The notes under the pieces are model-generated. The model was not told where the DNA came from and searched no databases. It saw only the letters and a program-made list of their open reading frames with translations. From Mnemiopsis leidyi (Eukaryota): a stretch of DNA of 64,000 bases. A program made the translations under genes and the position numbers. Positions within the stretch are counted from its first letter, which is position 1. The number at the start of each line of letters is the position of its first letter. The stretch lies in contig CM108483.1 of the NCBI GenBank assembly GCA_048537945.1, positions 9,850,715-9,914,714 on the forward strand, in the 5' to 3' direction. Below are positions 11,938 through 23,907 of the stretch, piece by piece.

Positions 11938-14609
11938 ACTCACTCGAAGTTACACGACATTTTTACACAGTTTGTACATCTTAGCCGCGTGACCGGACCG
12001 AACTTTTAGTCTAATTTTCCCGAATTGATTGCCTTCATAATTTAGATTAAGAGTCCCGGTCCTTTAAGTGCTCGAACGACAATCTGTGACTAGTTTACAG
12101 GGAAATTCTTCCAAATGGAACTGTGGAATTTCATCACGTTATGGATACCTGAATTGAAGATTTATTTTTCTACCATACTTTATTGTTGGTGAACTATTTG
12201 ATATTTGAGTTCGGGGTTTTGTGGGGATAGACACTGTCGCTGGCTTCTATTAACTTTCTATTCTCATGATTCGGGACTGTCAAAATGATTTTGTTCGTTT
12301 AAAGCTAGTCGAGCATTTCTGGCGACGGCCGTTTATTCTCTACAATTGCATTTATAAATACTTGAATAGTTTGAGAATGTTTATACTTGATCATTTGATA
12401 CCTTAACCTTGATAATGATCTTGGTTTGTATCTTTCTAGTGTCCGAAATTATTGGGACGATCATTTATATGAAGATTAAGCAATTTGATTTAATTTGATT
12501 ATATATCATATATCGTAGCATATTAAGTGTAAATCTTTAAATCGCAGTTAATTTGCCAGGCAGATATATTTGCTTACCATCATAGTAATATATTAAAAAT
12601 TTTTCTAAGCTAGACACTGTGCCAACTTTAATTGCCCCCTGTATATCATGAGTTCAAAAATTCGGAATAGTACTATATTTCGTTATAGTTTTACCAAATT
12701 ATGTGTAGCATTAAAATTTATGTCAGGGTTTATTTTTTGTATTTTCAGAGTAAGATTTCTTTAATTAAAATTTATACAAATTTATATAATTATACATCAC
12801 TATTATATAACTAAGTGTTAATACCTGCTAATATATCGGATTAGGAAGGATGTAAATTAATTTGTGTAGCGTTTTTGATCGATACTAAGAAATTTTGATC
12901 TAGATTTTTTCTCAAATACTCTATATTGAGAGCGAACATGATTTAATCGCAATATCTCTACGAATATTTTTGTGATGTCTGATTTAATGCTTTAAACATT
13001 AATGAAATTAGAAACAATAGCGACATATTTTGCACATAAGAAGTCTTTGTATACAGGAAAATGAGACTTGGATGGCTGTGAGTGTGACAATCTGTTGGTT
13101 GTGATTTTTGACTTTGTACATTTAAGCCTCACCATGCAAAATAGTCCATCAGTATTTTGCAAGCATTTGCTTACATGTCTCAAGATAGCAAACACTAGCG
13201 TTATATCTTTGGGAGTACTTGCCTGCAGCTGCCCTGGTCTTGCAGAAAAATGAATTTTCTCAGATCTGTCCGACGGTTTTAAAAAATGTGCCGTATAATT
13301 TAGATAAATGCCGGCTACGCTCTGGACTTATCGTTTAGCCCTAGTATCTCCGATTTTACGAGTTTGTGAGACATTTCTGAGACATGATATTTTGAGCAAA
13401 ACAACGTCAAAATTTCTCTACGCTGCAGCCATACCAGGTCCATTTGTGCTTAATCAATTTTCCTAAGCGAACGGCAAATACAGATTTAGATTATTATGTT
13501 GGGGATTGAGGAAAGTAAATCTAACATTTTCTTTCAAAAATGCAATCCTGAGTGATTGCTCAGTGCACTTGTGATAGTCAAGTCCTCTTTCCTTAGTACC
13601 ATTTTGTAATTGTGAATCAAAACTATTGATGAAACAAAAGAGAGGGTCACATGAAAGACATTATATGGATATAAATCATGTATACTATTGCTTTTTCTTA
13701 TCTCATAGTTAAAGTATTATCTAATATAAAGACACTTCTATAAGACTTTCCTAGAAGTGAATGTTATCCTAGAAAGTACGCAGCAGTATGAAATATTTGT
13801 GAATGGCTTCCATCTTCACTGTTCGTATATTTGTAAAGTTTTCGATATTAATTGCCTTACACTACTTTATTTCATACTTATAATATTTACATATATTAAC
13901 GTTGTTTAGTACTCCAATGAAATGGCGAAATTGCATTTTTAATCTTTTAAGCCGCGTTTTGTTTTGAGCTTTTAGTTTTATGAAAATTGAAAGATCACAT
14001 TGTTACGTGCAAGATCTTTTCTATCCGGATTTTGGAGAAATTGGGACGATGCTTTGAAAACACAAGCAGCTCGTAGTAATAGTATGATTATTTTATTTGT
14101 TGACTATGACAATTATTTGACGCACTGCATTGATTCCGATTGTGATGGTGATAATTCTTGTTTTGTCTTTGTTTATAAATTACACTTACGTTTTTCCATC
14201 ATACTAATCCCTGTCTAATTTCTTCAAAATTGCAACAGTAGAATAATGCATGATTTGCCGGCTGTTTATGAGCACTATTGGTCTTCAATTCTAATCGGTA
14301 GTTTGGTATTGTTTAGGACTGGGTCAGCGTGAATGTTGCGGCACTGCCCTATGACTAGGATGTCATGGAGTTAAACCGGATGCAATTTCTTGGTTCGGTA
14401 AATCAAAAATCAAACTAAGCAGTAAAAGTTGAGACATGGTTCGGGAAATCGGAGAGCAAACAAGAATTCTGTTGTTCTATCGTAGAAATTCAGCCTATTT
14501 ATGTATTTTCAGCCCTCCATATTTTCAGTAATCTTGGGGGTTGAGCACATACTTATCCTGTAGGTCCTTAAAAAATCTTTCTGATTTCGAGAACACAACC
14601 TGGATAATT

Positions 14610-14845
14610 ATTTGGGGAAGGGGGTGGTAATGCACTGACCATGACACCCTGGAATTTGCCCTATGGTGAACTGTCAAAAAATTTGACAATGGCTACTAAG
14701 TACTGACACTCCGGAATTTTCCACATACTCACGGTCAAAATAGACCATATTTATTTGAACTTTTGCCCATGGTCCTAAATTTCTGGCCATATCATCAGGG
14801 AGTAGGCCAGATTGTCAAAAATCTAGACCATCTTACCCCTCCCCC
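14610..14845. mobile_element. MITE-like element with G/C-rich terminal inverted repeats (ggggaagggggtggtaatg … cttacccctccccc)
   Basis: Inverted termini at 14611-14629 and 14830-14845. The interior is non-coding. Confidence 0.45.
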
Positions 14846-15019
14846 TAATTAGCAAGCTGTGAATGACAAGAACTCCCACATTTTCTCATGCTCTCTTTCT
14901 CGCTCTCAGAGAAAATATAGCAGCTCACTCACACCGGTAAGGAAAGGCACTCTAGGGCCTGGTTTAGACCCTGTACATACACAAAGTTTTATAACTTTTT
15001 AGAAAGAACAGGAAATTTG

Positions 15020-16450
15020 AGCTCCGTGGTTCAGGCTGGGCGGTTAAAGGGCGCTGGGTAGCTCGAGGACCCACGTGACTGAGGCTGGGCGTGGTGATTG
15101 GCTGAGCTACAAGCACACACTGTACTCGAACTACTCACTTCCTCCCCCTCAGCCAGCATTAAATCTAGACAGTAATGGGTCTGTCCACACAGCCGGCAGT
15201 CTGCCAATCCGCGGCCCCACATTGCCCCCATGACACGACACGTGACTCCCTTCGTACAATATAATTATAATTACAATATATACCAGGGGCAGTCCCCGTG
15301 ATCCCTCTTAATTGGGTGTACTGGTCCTGGCTGGAACAGGATGCAGGTGTATCGGCCAAGTTAACCCCCGTCTCTCACCTCCATGGTAGCCGCCTCCTCC
15401 TTCAGGATTCCTGATCGCGCCCGGACATGCCCCGGCTATTTATAGATTTCTTGTCGGGGATTGGAACACAACACAACACTCGAATTGGTGTGTAAAAACG
15501 GTTAGATGTGTATTTGAATGATAGGCTTTATTCTGATCTCCCTGTGCGATCTTATGTAGAAAAATACGATAAGATAATTTTTCGGGAACTTACTCAATAT
15601 TCACTGCCTTGTCGGGACTAAATTCTTAAATTTGCTGATAGTTCGGCATTTTGAGAATAACTCATCAATTTGCGTTGTTATAACTGGCAACTTGGCACTC
15701 GAATAGAGGTTGATTAGTGTGGGGTGGTTGATCGCCAGCAATGGCTGAAAAATGTTTCACTGCCCCGGGGACATTTCAGTGGAGTTTCATCCGGAGTTTA
15801 TCATTAGCTCTGCAAATCGATAGGTATTTAATTGAAATTACAAACGGTGGTCTGCAGAATGGCAGTGTAACAGAGATCATGATTAAATTTAATCGCCTTG
15901 AAAAGTAATGAAACGTCCCCCACTGGTGGACCGGTGAGAGTGCCTGACAAAAAATGGAATTGCACTTGCAGTATTCACGATGTTGGCAATCAGGGGCGGT
16001 TTGTTTTTGAACCAACAAACCATCCTATTAACCCAGCGATCCCTCATGGTGTCGTGATACCCAACCTTCTAATCACTAACACATGCTCTCCCTGCCAGAT
16101 TAACTCTGTATTTTCCGGTCCCGAGAAACGTGTACAGTCTAGAACGCTTGACTCGCAGTCTAGAGAAACCACATTGTCCCAAATTTATGTCAGTGTGCAC
16201 ATACGACGTGTGTGTACGGGATTACACTCGGTTTAGTTGGAAGTGCTAGCCCCCCTTAGGGTGTAACATTGCCTCCTACCATACCCTGTCTTTACTTTTC
16301 TTCCTTGTCCCCGCTACTCACCCTCCCAATACACCCGGGTACCCTCATCACACGACCCCCTGCACGTGACCCAGATCATCGGGTCACGTGATCACGCGCC
16401 AGGTGTCACGTGATTGGTTCGGGCCAATGGGAACGCGGGATTTTACCCTA
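15020..16450. promoter_or_regulatory. GC-richer island lacking long ORFs, with multiple CACGTG E-boxes and CCAAT boxes (e.g. gggtcacgtgatcacgcgccaggtgtcacgtgattggttcgggccaatggg at 16376-16432)
   Basis: The base composition shifts away from the flanking AT-rich DNA. Palindromic tcacgtga motifs and ggccaatgg are present. This is candidate promoter or enhancer DNA, or a degraded transposable element. Confidence 0.3.
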
Positions 16451-17879
16451 GTCGCTGCCCGACACGTACCTTGTGTATCGGTACGTTGAGTAGGATACCA
16501 CCAGACAAGAATGTCCTTCCCTCTTCATCGGCTTGAGATCATGTTACCTTGCTAGAGAAAAGTCAGAATATTTTCTCATCTCCCTGGTGACATACCACTT
16601 CGCTGGAACCTACAACACGTGGAACAGCCATCGTTATATCACAAAATTCTTGGATTAGGTACTATTTTTTGTATCATGGTGCCTACTCAATAGCCGGTTA
16701 TTAATTTGGAGGTACGTCACATGAGTCTTAGGAAAGAAGTCAGAAGAAATTTTGGGCCTTCCAGCTCTTTATTGCCATCAAAGATCTGTATGTTCAGTAA
16801 AAATAGTTGCACCTTTTTAAATTCTTTATAAATTGGTACGACAATTATAAATCAAAATCCTGCAAATGAACACGCTCAACAAAAGAATTCTCCTTACTCA
16901 GGGCTAGTTCTCTTGATGATCTCAAGGCGCCCCAACCATTCTTTCCCAGGGTGTGCAATACCAAAAATAAAAAGTTATCGCTTCTATAGATTGGGTCTTC
17001 GTCAAAGACTCCAAATTTGCTCCATTGGATAAGTGGTAGGTGAAGAGTTAGTCCCCAACTGACGAAATACACAACATTAAAACACTGTAGTATACAGCTT
17101 CTATCCTGCTGTTGGTGAAATAATGAACAACTTCATCCTTTCACTTCTCCCTAGGCCTTGCTGAAGCGGGACTTCTTGGAAGACCTCGAAAAACGATCAG
17201 AAGAATGTCCGATTCCAATGCCCAAAAATGGTTGACAACCATGGCAACAACTCCGGAAAAAGGAAACTCGGAGTTGTTGTAACTAAATAGATACCACCCT
17301 AGTCCCTAGATAGAGGTTGGAAAGAGTTGTGGAATTGTACTGTTAGGAGAATTATGTCGCTCACCACTTACGACACATCATCTGGGGCCCTTCCTTCTCT
17401 CTTTCGAGTATTTGATGGTTCATGTAAGCTTGATTGTAGCCAGTAAAAATTATGGCCGAATCATCTGGCCACCTTTGGGACTTGGGAGGATTCTACAGGA
17501 AGAAACTGAGGATACCCAACTTCTCTACCTCGAAAGTAGCTGTTCCGGGAGCTACTGAAAATGAGGGTATATTTAGTTCTGCAGCTCGTTCCCCGTATAG
17601 CCATAGGCTCCAAATAAACAACCGCTTTCTGCCTCAACATCCCCCTCCTAGAATTCTCTGACATTACCAATCTCTCTTCCTCGCTAAACCCCTGACCTCT
17701 GTTTTTAGGAGTGATCTGTAGGTATCTTGACGTCTCGCTCAGGTGTGGCGTGAGACGTCAGGGCAAGATGGCTACTATCAAGGAGAATGCGGTATAGCTG
17801 CATTTTGTGGGTTAGAGTATCATTAAAACTTTCAAAACAAACTTTATGGGATTTTTTTGTCGGTGGGCAGATGAGCAGT

Positions 17880-17990
17880 GGCGGTTTGTAGTTGTTATTG
17901 GCGTGGCAATAGTTATCGGCTTAGTAGTAGTCATCGGCGTTAAAGTAGTAGTTATTGGCGTTATTTTAGTAGTAGTTCATGGCGATTGTT
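17880..17990. repeat. 12-bp-unit minisatellite (gtagtCatcggcgt-like), creating the spurious VVVIG-repeat ORF
   Basis: ggcgtggcaatagttatcggcttagtagtagtcatcggcgttaaagtagtagttattggcg…. Confidence 0.7.
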
Positions 17991-20900
17991 TTTACATATC
18001 CCAACATGTACTAATATTAGAACTTCAGGTTGAAGGAAATTGGCAGATTTTAAAATTGTTTCACGCTGGGTATATAAGAATATTTGTGGCCATCAACAAT
18101 GTATTTGAATAATGATGCTGTGTAAATTGGGCGGGTTATCCTTATCGTTATGAAGGGACACAATGTATGCGGTGTTGCCCTGTAACTGTGTTTTAGTTGG
18201 CTTCCACTTATCTCCTCCAGCGGTGGCGGCTCCCCGGTTCTGTCCTGTCAATGCCCAGCCTAGGGGAAACCCCTTCACACCATTGCACAGGCAAGATGTC
18301 AATGGTTACAAGAGGACACCATGGTTTCTATTTCACTTCCATTAACAGGCCAATTACTGGGTTTTACCTGTGCAGTGCATCAGCGTAATTTGATTAGATT
18401 AAATAACTTGACACGTTACACGGCCAAGTAATGAAGAGCTGTAGATCAGCGAATGTGAAGTTGTGATCGTGGAGCTTCAGACCTGTGATAAGGGGTATTG
18501 ATAGTGATGCTGCATCTCTTGCCAACATCCGGTACACTATAGCACATCGCCCCAGCGAGCAGCACTGGCGACCAGTCACAATTACATGCATGCTGGACAT
18601 GCATTATCTTGATATTTTGATTAGAATTTCAGTCGGCATGCACCCCCAAAACTTGCACGGTACAATTAGAATGTGAAATCTAGTCAGCTATTCCATGAAC
18701 TATATTACAGCCTACTGACCCGGTACATACAGAATGTACATCTCCGGCTTACTTTATAGCCCCCCTCAATAATCTCAAGATTCGTCTAGAATAGAGTGTG
18801 AAGGAGGAAGTGTGTCAGCCAGCTTGCACGTGCAGTCAGTATAACAAACATGTGATAATGGACAATTATCTAGGTGCACATCGCTTGTTATATATGTGTA
18901 GAGTCCCATCTACTCTCCTTAGTTCCTTGTCGCTTAATGCGGTGTTCTTGGCTTCGACCCAAAATGTGTACCTGTGTAACACCTGTAAATGCGGATTGAA
19001 ATTAGGGGGACTTAGACGGGTAGTCGAATTTTGATGGGATGAGTGGCGTTTATTCAGCGGTAAGTCATGTTTCCCTGGAGACTTCTTTGCTCTCAATGTA
19101 CATGTTAAGGGCAACTGGCAGGTCAATTGATTCTCAATTTTGAGATGAATTGCGGGTAGTGCAGGAACAAAAACGTTTGCGGTTTGTCGCTGCGTTGATT
19201 GTCAAGAAACCCGGAAATCTTCTTAATGTCATAGTTACCCGCCGATACTGACAGCTGACCACATAGTAACAACTGATTACTGAGCTTTTTAGAGAATAGT
19301 ATTGAAGAAAGTTTTAAATTAGTAAGCAATCATATCCAGTTGTTCATATACTTCGATCATTGTTTAGTCAGGGGGATCTAGAACCGTTCAATTCTTCTTG
19401 GAACTTGGAAGAGCCTCATAAAACTCCCTCTTGCTTACTAAACAATGGACTAGTGAGCGCGCGCGGTATAATTTTGAGAAGTGAAACTTAAGTTTTTTAA
19501 CGACTACCGTGACAGAAAGAAGCCGCGCACATGGCGCGCGCAGCAGATTCAACACGTGGTGCCGGGTACGATACTAAAAAGGTGTAGCACCAACAACATC
19601 GGATACCACCGAAAAACTTAGATGGCAGATTTATCTGTTTTGATCTTCTTAAAGTAGGGCACAAATAAGACGCTTCCCTGAAGAGCAACTGCAAATATCT
19701 GTCAACCATTCAGCATGATCAATGGTACCAATCATTAATAAATATTGAGCTACTAAAGATGAGGGTACTAACTACTGCAAAAGCCTCACCCCTGCTTAAA
19801 AACATTATATTATATGATTCTTATCTTTACAAATCACCATAAAATTCATCTCTTAACATAAAAACTGAACCTTTTACCTTATCATATGCGCATGTCCATG
19901 ACACAACTTTAATTTTTCAGACAATTTTTCAATTTTAACGAATCTGAGGGTAAAAGAAAATTTTCACAGAAACATTTTTTCGCACACGAAAAATTGTCGA
20001 ATCAACGATAGTCATTGAGTAAAGCCCGATTTTGATCGAGATAGCAACTCAGACTTTCCATTTCGATGTACCAATTTCGTTCATGAAATCATTTATCAAA
20101 AGCGGAGAGTGAGATTTAGCAGAAATCTTAACAACTGCCTATCCAGAAGGAAAATTTATTGTTTCATGGTCATGCACAATGTATAATACAAGGTAAAAAC
20201 CTTATATAAAATTCATGCCTGAGGGCTAAACAAATAAAATCTATATCTGAGCAGCTTAACATGATGTAAATCGTTCTGAAATAATATATAAATATCTAAA
20301 CACTAGAATAAAGAAAGTCATCCAAAAGATTCTAATAATCATATACATAGTCTTATCCAAAGTTCTACAAAAATAACTCAACACAATGGACAGTTCGAAA
20401 TTAAAAAATGAAATTTTTACATAATTAGAAAAAAAATGTATGAAAAATACGTATGTTTTTCATTTAAACAAAGAAAAGAAATTGCTAAAAAATGGGTCAT
20501 ACAAAAACGAAAACCCATTGGTTATACGAAAAAACCTAAAATAAAACCTAAAAAATTCGATCAAACTTAAAGTTCAGCTGCAAACACACTAGCTGCATTA
20601 ATGTGCAGGTGGCGGTGCCAGCAACTTAGAATGTCATACATGCGGTTAACCGTTAACATTTCCAGTCAGCCATCTATTTTGATGTCCAAATACCAGTAGG
20701 CAATACTGTTCTAAAATTTTTTCGTAAGTTTTTATAATGTATGCTAGTTTTACAACATGTTCCTCAAGTCCAAGCCACCAGTCTAGCACACCTGGATGTT
20801 TAGCTGGCTGGACTTTTTATTGACAAATCTTTGTCGAGCATCCTCTTTCCTGCATACTGAAATATTTGATAAAGTTAAAGAATCCTTATTGATTTGATGA

Positions 20901-21298
20901 GTGGGAATGACTCATAATTACAATTATAATGAAAATTACCCTTGCAATGACTGTCCTAAAATTAAACAAGATGATAGTGTTTTTGAGAAGCTTTAATTAA
21001 AGCAGAAATAGCTTACCAAAATACTGCATTCTTGCTCCGGATCAAAACCGACAGACGCTATCTCAAAAAAGGTTTTCTCGTCGTATTGTAATTCCTGAAT
21101 GTTGTGATTTATCTTAGTACGAGAAAATAATGTATAATAAACATCGTTACGTATAAACATCAATATTTATCAGGTGCGAGATCACCTTGTTTCACATTTT
21201 TAAATTTCAATGATAAACATTATAGCCATTAAAGCTTGAACCCTTTTTTTCAATTAATAACTAGGGAAATATTGGCATCAGAGGATCTACAGCTTACC

Positions 21299-21495
21299 TT
21301 GATAGCTATGTAAGAAAGGAGAGAGAAAAAAGAGGACCAATCCCAAGCAACAGTTAGGAAACGAGGTAGGTCGACAAATTTTTTACAGAATATATTGTAA
21401 TACATAAGCGATATCTGAAAATAAAGGTGTGTAACTGGGGGACTAGTTTGATCGGCTATCAGAAACTTCAAAGATTTTATAAGAGTCAACTTCAA
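21299..21495 (-). CDS. Small conserved hydrophobic exon (…FCKKFVDLPRFLTVAWDWSSFFSLLSYIAIK|gtaagc), paralog of 39950-40085
   Basis: It is conserved at the protein level with the copy-B exon (…FCEKFVNLPRTLAVSWDWTSFFSLLIYIAIR|gtgagt). Both are followed by canonical donors. Confidence 0.5.
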
Positions 21496-21567
21496 GTTCT
21501 ACTGGCAAAATCCAAACTAAAATTTGACTGAACCTTTAATTTCAAATGTAATTTAATACTTGCCACT

Positions 21568-22296
21568 AACTATTTTTTCGGTAGAGAATCCAACTCGACA
21601 GGTACTATCGTCCAAGTCTCTCAAGAACCACCGTTTCTCTACCCCATCTTCATCGGTAACGCTTACAATCTTATTAAAAAGTCTCGCCTCTTTATTCCTT
21701 TCATCCACCTTAAGACACATGCCAGCCCGACAAAGCCTCAGAACACAACATACAAATTTGACGTAACTAAGGACCTCGTCAGAAACGAGATTCCCCAGAC
21801 TGTTGAGCCCGTTTTTGAGGAGACTTTCTGATGCGACCTTGTAAATCAGATCTCCTTCCAAAATATAGTCAGTTAGAAGCTGGATTTCGGGTCTACTGAT
21901 GACTTTGATTATGCTTTGATTCCAGATTTTTGCAGGTTCATCGGCATCCTCAATTATCGACATTTCATTATGCAGGATTTTCAGAATCTTCGAGCATCCA
22001 AAGAATACTTTTCTCCGTATTTCTTGCGACATTGATATATCATGTTTTTCTGTAAACTTTGTCAATATCTCGCTGAAAGCATCGTACTTCAAAGACGCAA
22101 GCATGTTGCTAAACCAAGGCGATTTACTATTTGTTTCAAGCCAAGAATTCATCACTTCTCTCTCTAAATGTCTCTTTTCTCTTTCTGGCTCAGAGATACA
22201 TGTTAAAGGTACAGGGCCTGCTAATTCTTGATCACTCATGCCGGAAGATTCAGACTCTGATTGGTGGATATTGCTGGATTCCCTTTCAGCACTTCG
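21568..22296 (-). CDS. Exon encoding the conserved C-terminal domain (…WFSNMLASLKYDAFSEILTKF…ILEGDLIYKVASESLLKNGLNSLGNLVSDEVLSYVKFVCCVLR…RVGFSTEKI|gttagt), paralog of the copy-B exon 40201-41298
   Basis: The ORF at 21553..22239 extends upstream in-frame to acceptor aatttacag near 22297. About 60% identity to the 40156..41304 ORF over ~150 aa. The donor position is conserved (TIDM|gtgagt in copy B). Confidence 0.6.
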
Positions 22297-22403
22297 CTCT
22301 GTAAATTTGTCGTTTGATCAATAAATTTATAACAACACTGAGATTTTTCATCGACTATGACAATACGAATTCTGATATATATATAGACATTTAGAAATGA
22401 ATG

Positions 22404-22628
22404 CTATAAGTAGCTTGTATTAATCCCACCGTTCGTCTCCGCAGATTTTCTCTGTGATTCAATAGTTTGGGTGAATCTGTCAATAGCCACCAGGATTTCA
22501 TCGATACACAGCTCAATTCCGATAAGTAATTCCTGGTCGCTTGTATAGTTCATAATACAGTCTATAGAACTCTCTACAATATAGGCTACTTCCTGTAATA
22601 TGACCCTCATCATCATGTTAGAAATCAA
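22404..22628 (-). CDS. Probable upstream exon of the same gene (…RVILQEVAYIVESSIDCIMNYTSDQELLIGIELCIDEILVAIDRFTQTIESQRKSAETNG)
   Basis: An ORF with a possible acceptor and donor. No homolog is recognised. Confidence 0.35.
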   Translation of the reverse strand: MISNMMMRVILQEVAYIVESSIDCIMNYTSDQELLIGIELCIDEILVAIDRFTQTIESQRKSAETNGGINTSYL

Positions 22629-23217
22629 TAAATTAGATTTTTACAGATATGAGATTTCGAGTAGTGAGATATGAAAGGACCTAGTAATGACCAGACCTGA
22701 TTTGTACCGAATCAGAATATTAGTCGCCTTAAGAAGTTGGGCTGGTAAGGATACAGTTTTTTAATTTAAATGCAATAGTTTTAATACATGCTGCACTTGC
22801 TAAAACCAGTCGCAACAGAGGCTACAGATCCGCAAGGGATTGAGTCCTGGCGTCTAAAAAATAACATCTAAGACACATCGACAGATTGCACATATAGTTG
22901 TACTTGTAGTTTTATTTATAGTAGTAAATTCCAATTCTAATAGTCAGGTTTACCTGAGAGAGGTTCAATAGGAACAGTCTGCTCTGACTCACGTCAGGGT
23001 TTAGCGATCTTGTAGAAATACACAATTGTGAAGATCGGCGAGCGATATCTTTACTTATATTTATTACCTGCAAAAGAAGAACATAAAAATGTTTTATTTC
23101 AATGTTGATTGTTCCATAAGCATAACTTTATGAGCGAATATTAGAAATAATTGAAATAGTATCGCACATTTTAGGTCAATGTTTCGGAGAATCAAGTTTA
23201 AATAGTTTTATTCTTAC

Positions 23218-23586
23218 TCAATGTAACATCACCTCTTGCTGAGCCTCAGAATCCAAACAGTTTATCGCCACTATCTTGTATTTGTTTTTTATTAGGTTTT
23301 CAATAGCCTTCGCTATATCATTGCAAGTCTCAAGGGCCCCCTGATTTGGTTCTTCCCCATCTTTAAATTCAAGTTGACCCAAACATACCAAGATCTCTTT
23401 ACGAGATGATACCAAATTGTTGACAGCAACACTGTGTTCCGCGGGGATTTCATGCCGATTTTTAGCAATTCTCAAATGACACACAGCATCTACACCTAAA
23501 TTGCTAGCTGCTGTAACCAATTTAGGCTTCTCAGGATCACTAAGGTGCGCGATTATTGTTCTGAGATTTTTCAGTGCTTCCGTCAT
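23218..23586 (-). CDS. Probable upstream exon (MTEALKNLRTIIAHLSDPEKPKLVTAASNLGVDAVCHLRIAKNRHEIPAEHSVAVNNLVSSRKEILVCLGQLEFKDGEEPNQGALETCNDIAKAIENLIKNKYKIVAINCLDSEAQQE|gtgatg), helical-bundle-like
   Basis: A 122-aa ORF with donor gag|gtgatg. No confident homology. Confidence 0.35.
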   Translation of the reverse strand: MTEALKNLRTIIAHLSDPEKPKLVTAASNLGVDAVCHLRIAKNRHEIPAEHSVAVNNLVSSRKEILVCLGQLEFKDGEEPNQGALETCNDIAKAIENLIKNKYKIVAINCLDSEAQQEVMLH

Positions 23587-23907
23587 ATTATTCGTTAGTT
23601 CCTTTACCTCCTCTCCTGAAACAAGAAATGTCGTGTCACTACTAGATAATTAATTTCCACATTTTTCCCTTAGCTACCTTAAAAGGTGCTAAATAGCGAA
23701 AAGTGAAATCCGATTTCAAAATTATTTGTATACATTCATTCTATATAATAATGTATAATGATGTATATAATATAATGTACTAACTTAACGCAGTGTTGTT
23801 GACCTCTCCTCGTGCGAGAGGTGCGTTAAAGAAGATGCCACAAGACGCGACCACAGCAGCCTCTAAATTGAGAAAAAGGTTCTCCTTGCAGCCACCAAAA
23901 ACATCCT

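Noticed and set aside
17846-18112. ORF encoding VVVIGVAIVIGLVVVIGVKVVVIGV…
   Set aside because: A translation artefact of the 12-bp minisatellite.
19440-19560. Possible snRNA-type gene (gcgcgcgcggtataattttgag… with a TATA-like element)
   Set aside because: The downstream sequence matches no snRNA I can recognise (U1, U2, U4, U5, U6, 7SK), and an internal TTTTTT would terminate Pol III almost immediately.
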